From contig QPMI01000220.1 of the NCBI GenBank assembly GCA_004431415.1, positions 62,001 through 126,000 of the forward strand: a DNA stretch of 64,000 nucleotides, given 5' to 3'. This document shows positions 38,217 to 49,299 of this stretch, piece after piece. The position numbers and the translations under genes are program-made. The notes under the pieces are model-generated. The model worked only from the letters and a program-made list of their open reading frames with translations. It did not search any database and was not told where the DNA came from. Position 1 is the stretch's first letter; every line of letters starts with the position of its first letter. This DNA comes from Cyanophora paradoxa CCMP329 (taxonomy: Eukaryota > Plantae > Glaucophyta).

Positions 38217-39829
38217 ATGGCGAAGTTTAAGGTCGCGGCGGTGCAGCTACTCATCACAGAGGACAAGAACGAGAACATCCGGCGTGCGTGCGAGGAGATC
38301 CAGCGCTGCGCCGACGCCGGCTGCAAGCTCGTCCTGCTCCCCGAGTGCTGGAACTGCCCGTACGGCAACGACTTCTTCCCTAGCTACGCGGAGAGCATCC
38401 CCGACGGCCCATCGACGCGCGCGCTCGCCGAGGCGGCCAAGCGCTCGAAGGTCTTCATCGTCGGCGGTGCGCCTCGCGCCGTCGCGGTGCGGCAGCGGCG
38501 CCCGGCGGCCGAGCGCGGGCGCGGGCGCGGCGCGGCGCAGGCTCGATCCCCGAGCGCGAGTGGGACGGGAAGCTCTTCAACACGTGCCTCGTGTTCGATC
38601 CGAGCGGCGAAATCGTCGCCAAGCACCGGAAGGCGCCCGCATCCGCCGCCGCCGCGCGCCGCGCCCGTCCCTGAGCGTCCGCCCGCCCGCCGGCCCGCCC
38701 GCGCAGGTGCACCTGTTCGACATCAGCGTGCCTGGCGGCATCACGTTCCAGGAGTCCCTGACTCGTGCGCTGCCAGCTGCCGGCTATGTAGCCCCGCCGG
38801 CGCCGCGAGGGAACAGTGACCGACGTACGGCCGCGCGCAGTGAGCCCCGGGAACAGCATCACGATGTTCGAGGGACCCGGTGCGCCCCCCCTAACCCGTT
38901 CAGGTTCCCGTACCCGCAGATTAAATCGACTCTGACCTCGAGCCGCCCCGCGCCAGAGGGCTGCCGCGTGGGGGTCGGCATTTGCTACGACATGCGCTTC
39001 CCCGAGCTCGCGCAGCTGTACGTCTCCAAGGGCTGCCGCCTCCTCTGCTACCCCGGCGCCTTCAACAGTGCGCCGAGCCCGCCCTGCATCCTGTACCCCC
39101 CGGCCCGCCCGAGCTGAGGCGGGCGGCGGCAGTGACGACGGGCCCCGCCCACTGGGAGCTTCTCCAGCGCTCCAGGCGAGGCCGGACCCCGCCCCCCCTT
39201 CCCTTTCCTCCGCTCCGTTCTCTGACACGTGGCTTCGCATCGCCGCGCCGTTTCGCGTTTCGCGCAGGGCTCTCGACAACCAGGTCCCCCCCGCCCGGCT
39301 CCGGGGTCGGGGGCGCTCCTTCCTTCCCCGGCTGATTGGGTCGTGTACCCCCCGCAGGTCTTCGTCATCACGGCGTCCCCCTCCCGCGTACCCGGCGCCT
39401 CGTACCAGGTCCGCCGTACCCCGGCGGCGTGTCGCCGTACCCCCGCCTCAACCCCCCGCAGGCGTGGGGCCACAGCACAATCACCGATCCCTGTGCGGGC
39501 GTACCCCGCCCCGGAGCCGTATATCACGTACCCGGCCTGACCGCGCGCAGGGGGTACGGTGCTCGCGACGACGGAGCACGAGCCAGCCGTCGTGATGGCC
39601 GAGCTGGGTGCGCCGCCCCTGCGGCCCCGCCCACCACTGTACCCCGTCCGACCGTCCGCTCCCCCGCCCACCACCGCAGACCTGCAGCGGCAGGAGACGG
39701 TCCGGTGCGCCCCTACCCCCCTCTCCGCCCCCCGCCCCCCCCCCTAACTCCCCCCGCAGGCAATCGATCCCCGTGCTGAAGCAGAAGCGGACGGACCTCT
39801 ACGAGACCGTCTTTCGCGGGCCCCAGTAG
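38217..39829 (+). CDS. NIT2: Nitrilase-family omega-amidase NIT2, multi-exon
   Basis: [17 protein letters not shown]|[25 protein letters not shown]|[16 protein letters not shown]: Glu-Lys-Cys triad in NIT2-type context. Confidence 0.92.
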
Positions 39830-39913
39830 GCCCCTCCCTCTCCAGCTCGGCTCTCGTGTTCAAGCAGCTCGGCTGTCTTGCCCAAGTTGGGCCGAGGACA
39901 CGGAGATTGAGAG

Positions 39914-41655
39914 CTATCCGGTGAAGCGGGGCACGGGGGGCAGCTCGCGCTCGCGCTCGCGCGGCGGCTGCATGCTCCCCGGCCCCGCCCGGCACGCCGG
40001 GTTCGGGCACGACAGCGACCCCATCACCTGCGGGGGTCCGGTCCTAGTCTGAATTCGAGCCTTTGGAGGGGGGTACGTATACGCGTGCGCATGCGGCGGA
40101 CCTCCTCCTCGTCGCGGTAGCTCTGCTCGAGGGCGTCCAGCGTCGTGTCCCACTCCCCGATCGCCCTGCGGGGGGTACGTCGTTCTCGGTGAGGGGAGGA
40201 GCAGGAGGGGGGGTACGCGGCACCGGTTGAGGCGCTCGAACTCCTCCGCGAGCGCCTTCTCCTCCGCCTCGAGCAGGGCCCTCTGCCCCGGGGGGTACCG
40301 CGTGAGCCGCGCGGGTTCGAATCCCGGCGTGCGCCGATTCTAAAGCACCTCCTCGCGGTCCGCCCGGGCGGCGTCGACGGCGCCCAGCTGCGCCCTGGCC
40401 GGCTGCGCCTGCAGTCAGATCTAGAATTTGAAATCCAAACGGATCGAATCTGAATTTGATCCGGGCGCGCACCCGCTCGACGAGGTACGGGGCGAGCTGC
40501 TCGTCGGTGGCCTCGCCGCGGCGCGCGGCGTCGATGAAGCCCTCGCCGGCCCGCCGCCGCTCGGCAGCCGCCTCCCGCCGCCGCCCCGCCTCCTCCCTCT
40601 GCTCCCTCGCCTCCTGCAGCGCCTCCTCGCCCCCCGCCTCTGCGGGCCGGCTCGGATCCCGAGTGCTGCGCTCGAGAAAACGCCGCACGAATGCGGGTAC
40701 GCGCCCTCGAAGGCCCGGCGGGCCGCCTCGATCTTCTTCGCCAGCTCGGCCCGCGCCTTTACCTCCTCGGGGGACGGCTGCGCTGGCGGCTCCGGCGGCG
40801 GCGGCGGCGGCGCGGGCGCAGGCGGGGCCTCGGCTGCGTGGCCATCGGTCAACAACTTCGGAGAGGGGCGCGGAGCGCGGCGCCCGTACGCGAGCGCACG
40901 GGGCCCCTCGAGCGCGGCGATCTCCTCCTGCGCCTTGCGGATCGCAGCCGCGACGGCGTTCGCGTCGTACCGCGCGTAGGCCTCCTTGATTCGCTCGTTG
41001 ATCTGCTCCAGCTCCGCCGTCACAGACGCGCTGCGGGGCGCGTGAGCGCCTCGAGCCCGTGGACAAATCCCGGCAGCTTAGGCGCCGGCGCCGGCACGGG
41101 CGCGCCGGAGTTCGCTGAGGCTGTCCTTCTCCGCCTTGACCTTCGCGGCAAGCTCGGCGTGCTCACGCTTGATTTGATCCAGCTGCTCTTGCAGCTTGCC
41201 TGCGCGCCCCGTAAGCGAGCGGGAAATGGATTCAAAAAAGCGATCGCAGATCGTGCACGCACGCTGCTCGAGCGCCTCGGCCTCCGCTTCGGCCTCCTGC
41301 GTCTGAAGCTGATCTTGCAGATCCCTCAGCTCGCTCCTAGACGCCTCGAGCCTGCTCTTCGCTGCGAGAGGAGTTGGGGCGCACGGACGGGAGGCAGCAG
41401 CACACGCACCCTCGGCGAGCGAGCGGCGGGCCGCGTCGTGCGCCATCATCTCCTGCTTGAGCTTCTGCGTCTGCGCATCGAGCGACGAGCTGCGGCGCGC
41501 GGCGGGCGGCGCGCTGTCATCGAGGTTTCGCGCGGCATTCGCGCTCGCGCTGACCGAAGCGTCGCAATCTGCTGCTCGATCCCTGCGGTGGGCGCAGGGG
41601 TGCCCGCGGGCGCTCCCGCGGGCCTCCACGTGCCGCCGGGCTCCGGTCGCCTCAT
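39914..41655 (-). CDS. Uncharacterised coiled-coil protein, multi-exon
   Basis: Spliced heptad-rich exons with GT-AG boundaries (IEQQIATLR|SSLDAQTQKLKQEMM..|GKLQEQLDQIKREH..|..LAEEFERLNR|AIGEWDTTLDALEQSYRDEEE|VMGSLSCPNPAC..*). No family recognised; start Met inferred. Confidence 0.65.
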
Positions 41656-41676
41656 CTTGGAGGGGTACGCAGCACA

Positions 41677-43373
41677 ATGGAGGCCGCGGACCCGCCCGCT
41701 GCCCCGGCGGCGCCCGCCGCCGTTATTCAGTTATCGGACAGTCGGCACCTTACTGGGATGCCTGATGAGGTCCTTCGGCTCATCTTCAGCGGGCTCGATG
41801 CTGTGTCCCTCGCCGCAGTCTCCCAAACCGCCTCGCACATGCGAAAGATTGCGCTAGAACGCGTCTTATGGTGAGCATCGCCTTTGCGGTCCGCCGCCGC
41901 GTGCGCGTTGAGCTCCGATCGCAGGAAGCGGCTGGTCATCAAGCTCCACGGAAAGAGCGCAATCAGCCAGGTCTCCGACTTCGGGAAGTGCGTCGCTCCG
42001 TCGCCCGCCGCCACCTAGGCCCTCTGCACGTGTTCGAGGCTCTGCACGGCCTTCTCGGCCGGCTTCATAAGCCAGTCCGATCCTCGCCAGCAGCGGCGTC
42101 TTAGATTATCGGAAAGCATTTAGATGGCTTAGCGGGCCAACCGCCCGGCCGAGGCGGCTAGTTGACCCCCGCCCGCCTCCCACGGGGCCGCCCGGGGTCG
42201 CTTGGCGGGCACGTAGCGGCACAGGTTGGCCCCGAACCGACGCCAACGACGCAGCTGCTGGCGGCGCATGTTCGTCGAGAAGCCCCGCATCCGCTTCGAC
42301 GGCTTCTACATGGCGCGCGTCTCCTACGTCCGCGCGGGTGCGCCTGCGAGCCGACCGGAGCCGGCGCCCGCGGCCGCCCCGGAGCTGACGGCTGCGCCCC
42401 GGCGTATGCGCAGGCCAGACGGAGGGGCACCACAATCAGCCCTTCTGGTATGTCGCATACCATCGGTGCGCTCGGAATCGCGTACTCCACCCTGCCTCCC
42501 CCGGAGCCTGACCCCCGCGCAGGTTCCTGCGGTTCCTCCCGGTCCGCCTTTCGCCTCTCGGGTTGGACGCCGTGTCGGCTCGTACCCCTCTGACATGTCT
42601 CCCCAGGGCGGCCGGGTGCTCAGCATCATGACCCCGGAGAAGCCGTCCGAGGTCCGCGGGCCCCCGCCCTCTGCGCCCTGTACCCCGCCGAGGCGCGCGT
42701 ACCCGCAGGCCGTCCGCCTGCTCACGCCGCGGGACAAGCGCGTCCTGATCGGGAGCTGGACCCTCAACCCGAGCCGCCCCCGCTCCAAGGTCCGGCCGCG
42801 GTCCACCGGCTTCGGCTGTACCCCGGTTTGATCCGGCGGGGTACCGCAGGACCTTCCCCCCGACGCGACGGACGACGACCTCAGCGGGCGGCCCTGCGAC
42901 GTGCACGTCGTCATCGAGCAGGTAAGCTGCGGCTGTACCCCTCGGATCCTCCCTCCTCCCCAACGATCGACCGCGTACCCCCCTTTGCCGCAGCGCCCCG
43001 GTCCGGCGATCATCACCTACAACCTGGACGTCGACGGGACGGCCCCCGGCCTGCACAACCGGTGCCCGCCCCGGCCCGCCGCCTGCGGAGCGCCGGCAGC
43101 GGCTCACGGGGCGCGCGCGCGGCAGGCTCGTGGTGCAGTCCCACTTCTTCCAGAAGATCGACGAGGAGACGCCGTCGGTGCGCGCGCCCGCGCCCGCGCG
43201 CCGCGCTGCGGGGCGCCGCCGAGCCGCGGAGGGCCCCGCAGGTGATCCGGGCGTCGCGGGGCCTGAAGTTCAAGTTCGTGTCGTGCCGGGAGTGCGTGCG
43301 CGGCGCCGAGGCGCACGTCGCCGTCGACGGCGCCACCGCCGCCCACATGGACCGCTCCATGGAGCCCTACTAG
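41677..43373 (+). CDS. F-box protein, FBXO9/Hrt3/Pof7-like, multi-exon
   Basis: F-box LTGMPDEVLRLIFSGLDAVSLAAVSQT..LW, followed by WRRMFVEKPRIRFDGFYMARVSYVRAG and FLRFLP.G.VL, typical of the FBXO9 family. Confidence 0.85.
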
Positions 43374-43499
43374 ACCAGGAGCCGCCCCCCGGCCCCGGCC
43401 CCGCCGTCCCGCGAAGGCGCCGCCGGGGCCGAGGGCCCGCCCGCCTGGGCCGGCCCCTTCTTCTTGCCTGGCCCGGGCCCAGGCCGGAGGGCCCGCCCG

Positions 43500-44770
43500 C
43501 CCAGCTCGGCCGGCTTGCAATTGGCCGGCCCCTTCGAGATCCTTGTAAAATACCCTGTACCATAGCTAGCTTGTGCGCGTGCGCGACCTCTTCATTGATA
43601 TTGAGTGAGAGCTTAGACGTGTGCCTTTCGGCAGCTATAGGTCACTTGTACCGCCCACGTAGCGCGCGTGATCTTCGAATTCTCTTGGCTGTATACGTAG
43701 CGGATCATGAAGATCGCTGTAATTATAATTTCGAATTCGAATTTTTCGAAATGCATGCGCATGCGCACCTTGGCAAAACGGAAAGACTCTGAAGCTTGAT
43801 TAACCTAGTAAGAGAGCTTCGTTAAGGGACCGGAACTCTGGCTCCGGCGGCGGCTGGTCACCGGGTCGATGATCATTGTGGCATGATATCGATATCGATC
43901 AGCCTGCGCATATGCATGCGGGCATATGACATCATGATCATAGCTAGTATAGTACCGATCGCGACGTCGACGTCGACGTTGCAGCTGCAGCTGATTTCGA
44001 TCATGACCGTCGGACTTCCGAAGTTCGGCCGCCGCGCCGAATTCAAATTCGAATTCGAACGTCGCCATCGATATTACCTCATCATGGCATGATCACGATC
44101 GGACTTCTAGCTCTGGTTCTAGACTCCAACAAGTAGATCTCTTTGATTAGAGGAAGCCTGGGCCCTCCCTCGTGCCAGACCTGGCCTGGGCCTGAGCCGG
44201 ATTCAAAGCTAAAGCTTCCTCTAGATCTGAATTTCGAATTCGAAATCAATCATTGATCATGTGTTGCAAGCGCTAGCCTAGTAGCTATGATCATGATCAT
44301 GATCATCGGATCATCGACCGTCGGACCCCGGCCCAAGTCCTGATCATGCATATGAGTCATCGACTTCAACATCCTGATCATGATCATGCATGGATAAAGT
44401 CAGGAGTCACTGAGTCCGACGGTCATCGACTCCGGATTAATATCCATATCCAGGATCATGATTCGTTCTGGATCGATCCGCGGGCCCCGGCCCGCCCCGC
44501 GGCCCGGAACCCCGCGAGGCAGCGATCGCGATCGCTGCCTCAGAGGCGCGCACGAGCTGCGGACCGTTTACGTGTGCTTAACCATTGCATATTAATGCAA
44601 GACTGATGGGCACAGCGACGTCGACTAACAGCCTATGATCAATAATCTAGAGTAAAACATTTTCGGATAATCTACATCTAGAAAGCCTACAGTAGCTTAC
44701 AGATATAAAGAATCGATATCAGAAGTACTTGAAAACCTACGGAGCGGCCGCGGGCCTCGCCGGCCGCAGA
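43500..44770. repeat. Intergenic tract made of chained overlapping short palindromes
   Basis: Examples: gatatcgatatcgatc, gcgcatatgcatgc, gacgtcgacgtcgacgt, tgcagctgcagctg, aattcgaattcgaa, atgatcatgatcatgatcat. Confidence 0.8.
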
Positions 44771-44776
44771 CGGGGC

Positions 44777-47700
44777 CTACCAGGGCCTAAACGTTAGCCG
44801 CTCACGCGGATCGTCCGAAGAGTCCAAAGAGGCCGCCAGCGCTGCCGCCCGCTGCGCCGCTTCCGGTGAGAGGGGCACGCTGTGAGAGGTGCGCGGGGCG
44901 CCCTCGACCGCACCGGCATGCGCATCGGCGGCGGGCTTGACGGCGGCGAGGACGGCGGCGAGCTGCGCCCGCACCTCGGCGAGCTGCGCCTCGACGTTCC
45001 CCAGCGCCGCCCGCTGCGCCCGCATCTCCGCCCGCAGCTCCGCCGCGAGCTCCGCCTGCGCGCTGCCTATCTGCGATCGCGGGGGCGCAGGGCCGTCAGC
45101 GGGGCGAGACGCGCGAAGCCGAGACGGAGGGAGGGACGGACCTCGTCCCTGAGGCGCTCGAAGTGGGGCGGGGCGTCGAGTGGGAGGGGGCCCGTGTTGA
45201 TCGGGTCCGGCCCCTCCCGCTCCTCTTCGTACCTCATCCCGCTGCGCCCGCCGCCCCCCGCCTTGCCGCCGCTGCCGCTAGCGCTGCCCGCGGCCGGCGC
45301 CGCCTTCTCGTTCTTGGCCTGCTGCTCGCTCTCCGCCTTGGCGGCCCGCCCGCCCTTGGGCTTGCGCCCGTGCTTCTCGATCACGTCCTTCCACGCCTGG
45401 CGGATGCGGCGCTCGTACTCGTTCAGCTTGTCTCGCGCCTGCTTCTCGGTCTTGCTCAGCTCGGCCTTCGGGGCAGGCCCTGCAGCCTTGCCCTCCGCCT
45501 CGGCCTTCGCCGTCGTCGGGGTGGACCACAGACTCAGGCGCGCGAGGCGCCGCCAGAGGTCCGCGAGGGCGGCGAGGAGCAGCAGGGGCGGCAGCAGCGC
45601 GAGGCCCGAGGCGACGTTGACGGCGACCGTCGCGAGGCGCGGGGAGAAGGAGAGGGGGAGCCAGAGGAGGTTGAAGGGGGCCACCACCTGCCGCTCCCTC
45701 CGGTGGTACCGCAGCAGCATCTGCGATGCATACGGACGATGCGCATGAGGCGGCGATTGTCGAAGAATTTCATGGCCTCCGTACAGGACAGCACCTTCGT
45801 TCTTCCGTAAGCGTACACGACACGCGCGTTCTCGAACGTGACAGTGATGGTAGAGCTGCCCGTGCGACGCGCATTACAGCCAAGAAACCGAGAAAGACGA
45901 GTTGACTATCGAGAAAGACAGACCTGAAGAGACCGGTGAGGACGTTGAGGAGGAGCACGACGGTGAGGATCTGGTAGATGGAGAGGAGCGTGGCGCCTAC
46001 AGATTTGAGAGGGTTGGAGTGAGCCCAATTGCAAGGGCGAACAGAAGAGAAGCGGACCGACGAACGGAACGCGGGCGCTGAACTCGCCCGAGTCGCTCTC
46101 GCCCAGCACGGCGAAGTACAGCGCCCCGCTGCGCGTGGCTTCAGCTTGCAGATTCGTCCAATTCGAAGTCTCGGACGAAATACACAGGACGCACGCCATC
46201 TCGCGGAGGCTGAAGGGGCCGTCGGAGCCGTCCGCGTTGGAGGCGGCGCGGACGTTGAGGGACCAGCCCCAGAGGCCGAGGCAGAAGCTGCCGAAGACGA
46301 CCACGAGGACGAGCAGCACCGTGAAGATGTCCTTCGCCATCTGCCGAGCCGCACCCGTGAGGCGCAAGCCGCACGTTCGGCGCCGTTCGAGCGCGCGCAC
46401 CTGCCCGAGCACGGTGAGCATCGGGCCGAGGGCCTCGCTCACGTAGCCGAACTCGAGGAGGCGGAGCCCGGCCAGGATAAGGACTGGGCGATGCGGTCAA
46501 ACGCGAAGAACACCGCAGGCGAACAGCTGCAGGACACAAAGAAGAACCTATGGCGAGGAGAGGGATGGGGAGGGACCAGTAGGGGCCCTGGAGACGGAAC
46601 ACGTCGGCACAGATCGCGCATGCGGAGGCCGCGAGCGTCACGTGCAGGCGAACGAGTCAGGCAAAATAGCATCATTTCCTGTGAGCATGCGCAGCGGAAG
46701 GCGCAGCGGGGCGGGAGGCAGGATATGGTCAAGATAAACCAGTCGATGCAGTTGAAGAAATCGACAGAGTACGCCGAGGCGCCCCCGGACGTCCGCTCGC
46801 CCAAGAACTGAGACGGCTCGAAATCAAACTTCGGACCCGCGGCCGAGCTTAAGCTTCGGGTGCGGAGGGAGGACCTGTGCGACCTCGTGGATGAGCAGGC
46901 CCAAGGCCTGCAGCGCGAGGGGGATGAGGAGCCACCCGCCGCCTCGGCAAACGGCTGTACCGAAAAGTCTCAGCTCGCTCTGATCCCTCGAAACAGGGCG
47001 AAGACTACCGACCAGCGCCAAGGAGAACGACGAACAGCACATAGGCTCCGAGCTCCATCGCGAAACGCCCCCGCCAGCCGCCGAGCACGTTTTCCGGGGA
47101 CTCAAACCACAGCTGCCCAGTCAATGCATAGGACGATGTCGCGTGATTCGCCGCGTCGTTGGGCTTCGAATTCTCCTTGTCCTTCTTATTGGCGCTTGTC
47201 TGGCGCTCCGGCTTGCCCGAGGAGGGGGCGGGAGCCGGCGATAAGGGAAGCGACGACGCCAGCGAGAGCGGCTTCCCGCCCTCCCATATGCGGTTCACGT
47301 AGCGCTGCACGAAGCGGTGCGCCTGCACGCACGTGCACGCCGGCCCCGGCCCCGTCAACGCCGAGGGCGACTCAGAGCGCCTTGCACGCGCGCGCGCGCA
47401 CCACGACGTCGTGGAAGCCGAGCTCGAGCGCCATGTCGAGGGCGGAGGGCGCGCCGCCGACCCGCGCCTCCAGCGCCTGCAGGCACGGCGAGTTCGAAGA
47501 TCGAGGAGGCCTCGGCGAGTTCGAACAGCGCCCGCAGGTTCCTCGCGAGAACGCACCTCCACAGCAGAGTGGATGGGCTCCTCTGGGCTCAGGACCCTGG
47601 GGTCGTTGAGGAACGGAGAGGCGCCCCCGTTCACGGCTCTGATCTGCTCGCGATCGCGTGCTCGCAATCAGGTCGACGTCGGGCGCTTTGCTCACGGCGT

Positions 47701-49256
47701 GTCTAATTTGTCTAATTTACTTGCGATAGCAAAGTTCGCACATTGCATTTCACGATCCACGAGTCCAGCACGTCGTTCCGCGATCGGTCCAGACTCTTCT
47801 TCAACTCGGGATCGCTTTCGTGGAGCGTTCTGCCGTCGATACCTTTCGCGAAGAGCCCCATTCTCGTCGCCGCAATCCACGATGCTGGGTATTAGACACG
47901 GGAAGGCATCAGCCGTCTCTGCAGAATGCGGAGGGCGGCATCGAGAACGAGTACCCTCGAAGTGCCCCTCGGGCCGCCGGCGCTGGAGGCGGTCTCTGAA
48001 CGCGGTCTCCATCCTGTCGAGGAGCTCCGCGGCGAGGCCCCGGAGGTCCCTGATGCGGTCGGCGAGGAGCGCCTGCTGGTCCGCGTTCGCGCTTTCCTGC
48101 GCAGAAGGCCATCCCGACGAATTAGTAAGAGCGCTAGCCTGCGCGTCCCATTCACAGGATGTAGCGCGCACTTGGAAGAGCTTGGCGGTGTACAGAGCGA
48201 CGTTGAGCTTCCCGGCGGGGAAGCGGTCGACCAGGCTCCTGGCGTCGAGCTCGAGGCCGAAGATGGCGACGAGGTGCCCGCAGAGCTGCGGCAGGCACTC
48301 CCTCGAGAAGAGCACGGCCTCGCAAGTCAGGAAGCACTCCAGGATCGGCTTGTTCTTCGACCTCAGCGCGTAGTCGAACGGGGACAGGCCGTCACCGTCG
48401 AGTTCCGCCCAGCCGCCATCCGCCTCGAGAATCAAGCTGCGCAATTTCGACCGAAAAAGATCAGGCTACGATTTGTCAGAATGCCCTTCTAGCTATGGAT
48501 CTCGGTCTTCGGCCCCGAATCCTAGCCTCTTTCGTGGACCCCGCGCAGGCTGCACGCACCGGGCAACTCCCGCCTCTCCTTTCTTGGTGGCGACGTGCAG
48601 CGCATTGCAGCCGTCACGGTCTCGGATGCTGACGGCGACCCCGCGGTCCAGCAGCAGCCTGCGCACATCCCGTCAGTCGCAATCCGAGGAGCAGAACCCT
48701 CGAACGCGCGGCATCCCTCCCAAGGCGCGCGGCAACCTCCGCAGCACACGGTCCGAGCAGCCCCATGTGCATGCCAGCGCACCGGGCGATTCCCTCGCGT
48801 CCTTTGTCGGCGGCATTATGCAGCGCAGTCCACCCGCTCTTCTCTTGTGCGCTGACGTCGGCCCCGCGGTCCAGCAGCAGCCTGCGCGTGCTCCATCAGT
48901 TGAAATCCGTGCCGCACGCATGCGCAATCATGATCACGCCATCGATATAGCCCAGAACAGCTGAAGCTGGTGCACCAGACCCTCCTAGATGTATTTCACA
49001 GGGTTAACGTCGCATCGAGATTGCGATTTCCGCCCTTTTCGGAATATGTACTTATCGCGATCGTGCTCACGGCATTGCGTAGCTATAGCTCGCAAGAGCA
49101 CTCAAGCTCCTCGCGCGCCCCCAACGCACCGGACGGTCCCCTCGTGCCCGTGCTGCGCGGCCAAATGCAGCGCGCTCCGTTCACTGTATGCCTTGGCGTT
49201 GACGTCGACCCCTCGCTCCAGCAGCAGCCTGCACCCGGCCAGTCAGTTGCAATCCG

Positions 49257-49299
<43 letters not shown>

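Noticed and set aside
33875-39829. Metabolic gene cluster (dUTPase-CCD-NIT2)
   Set aside because: No shared pathway; adjacency is explained by high gene density.
43500-44770. Cloning-vector polylinker contamination
   Set aside because: Sites are overlapping, reiterated and present in many spacers and in a decayed paralog; no vector backbone features are visible.
47692-47694. In-frame TGA in the TRP gene suggesting selenocysteine or readthrough
   Set aside because: It lies within a GTGAGC splice donor, i.e. it is intronic.
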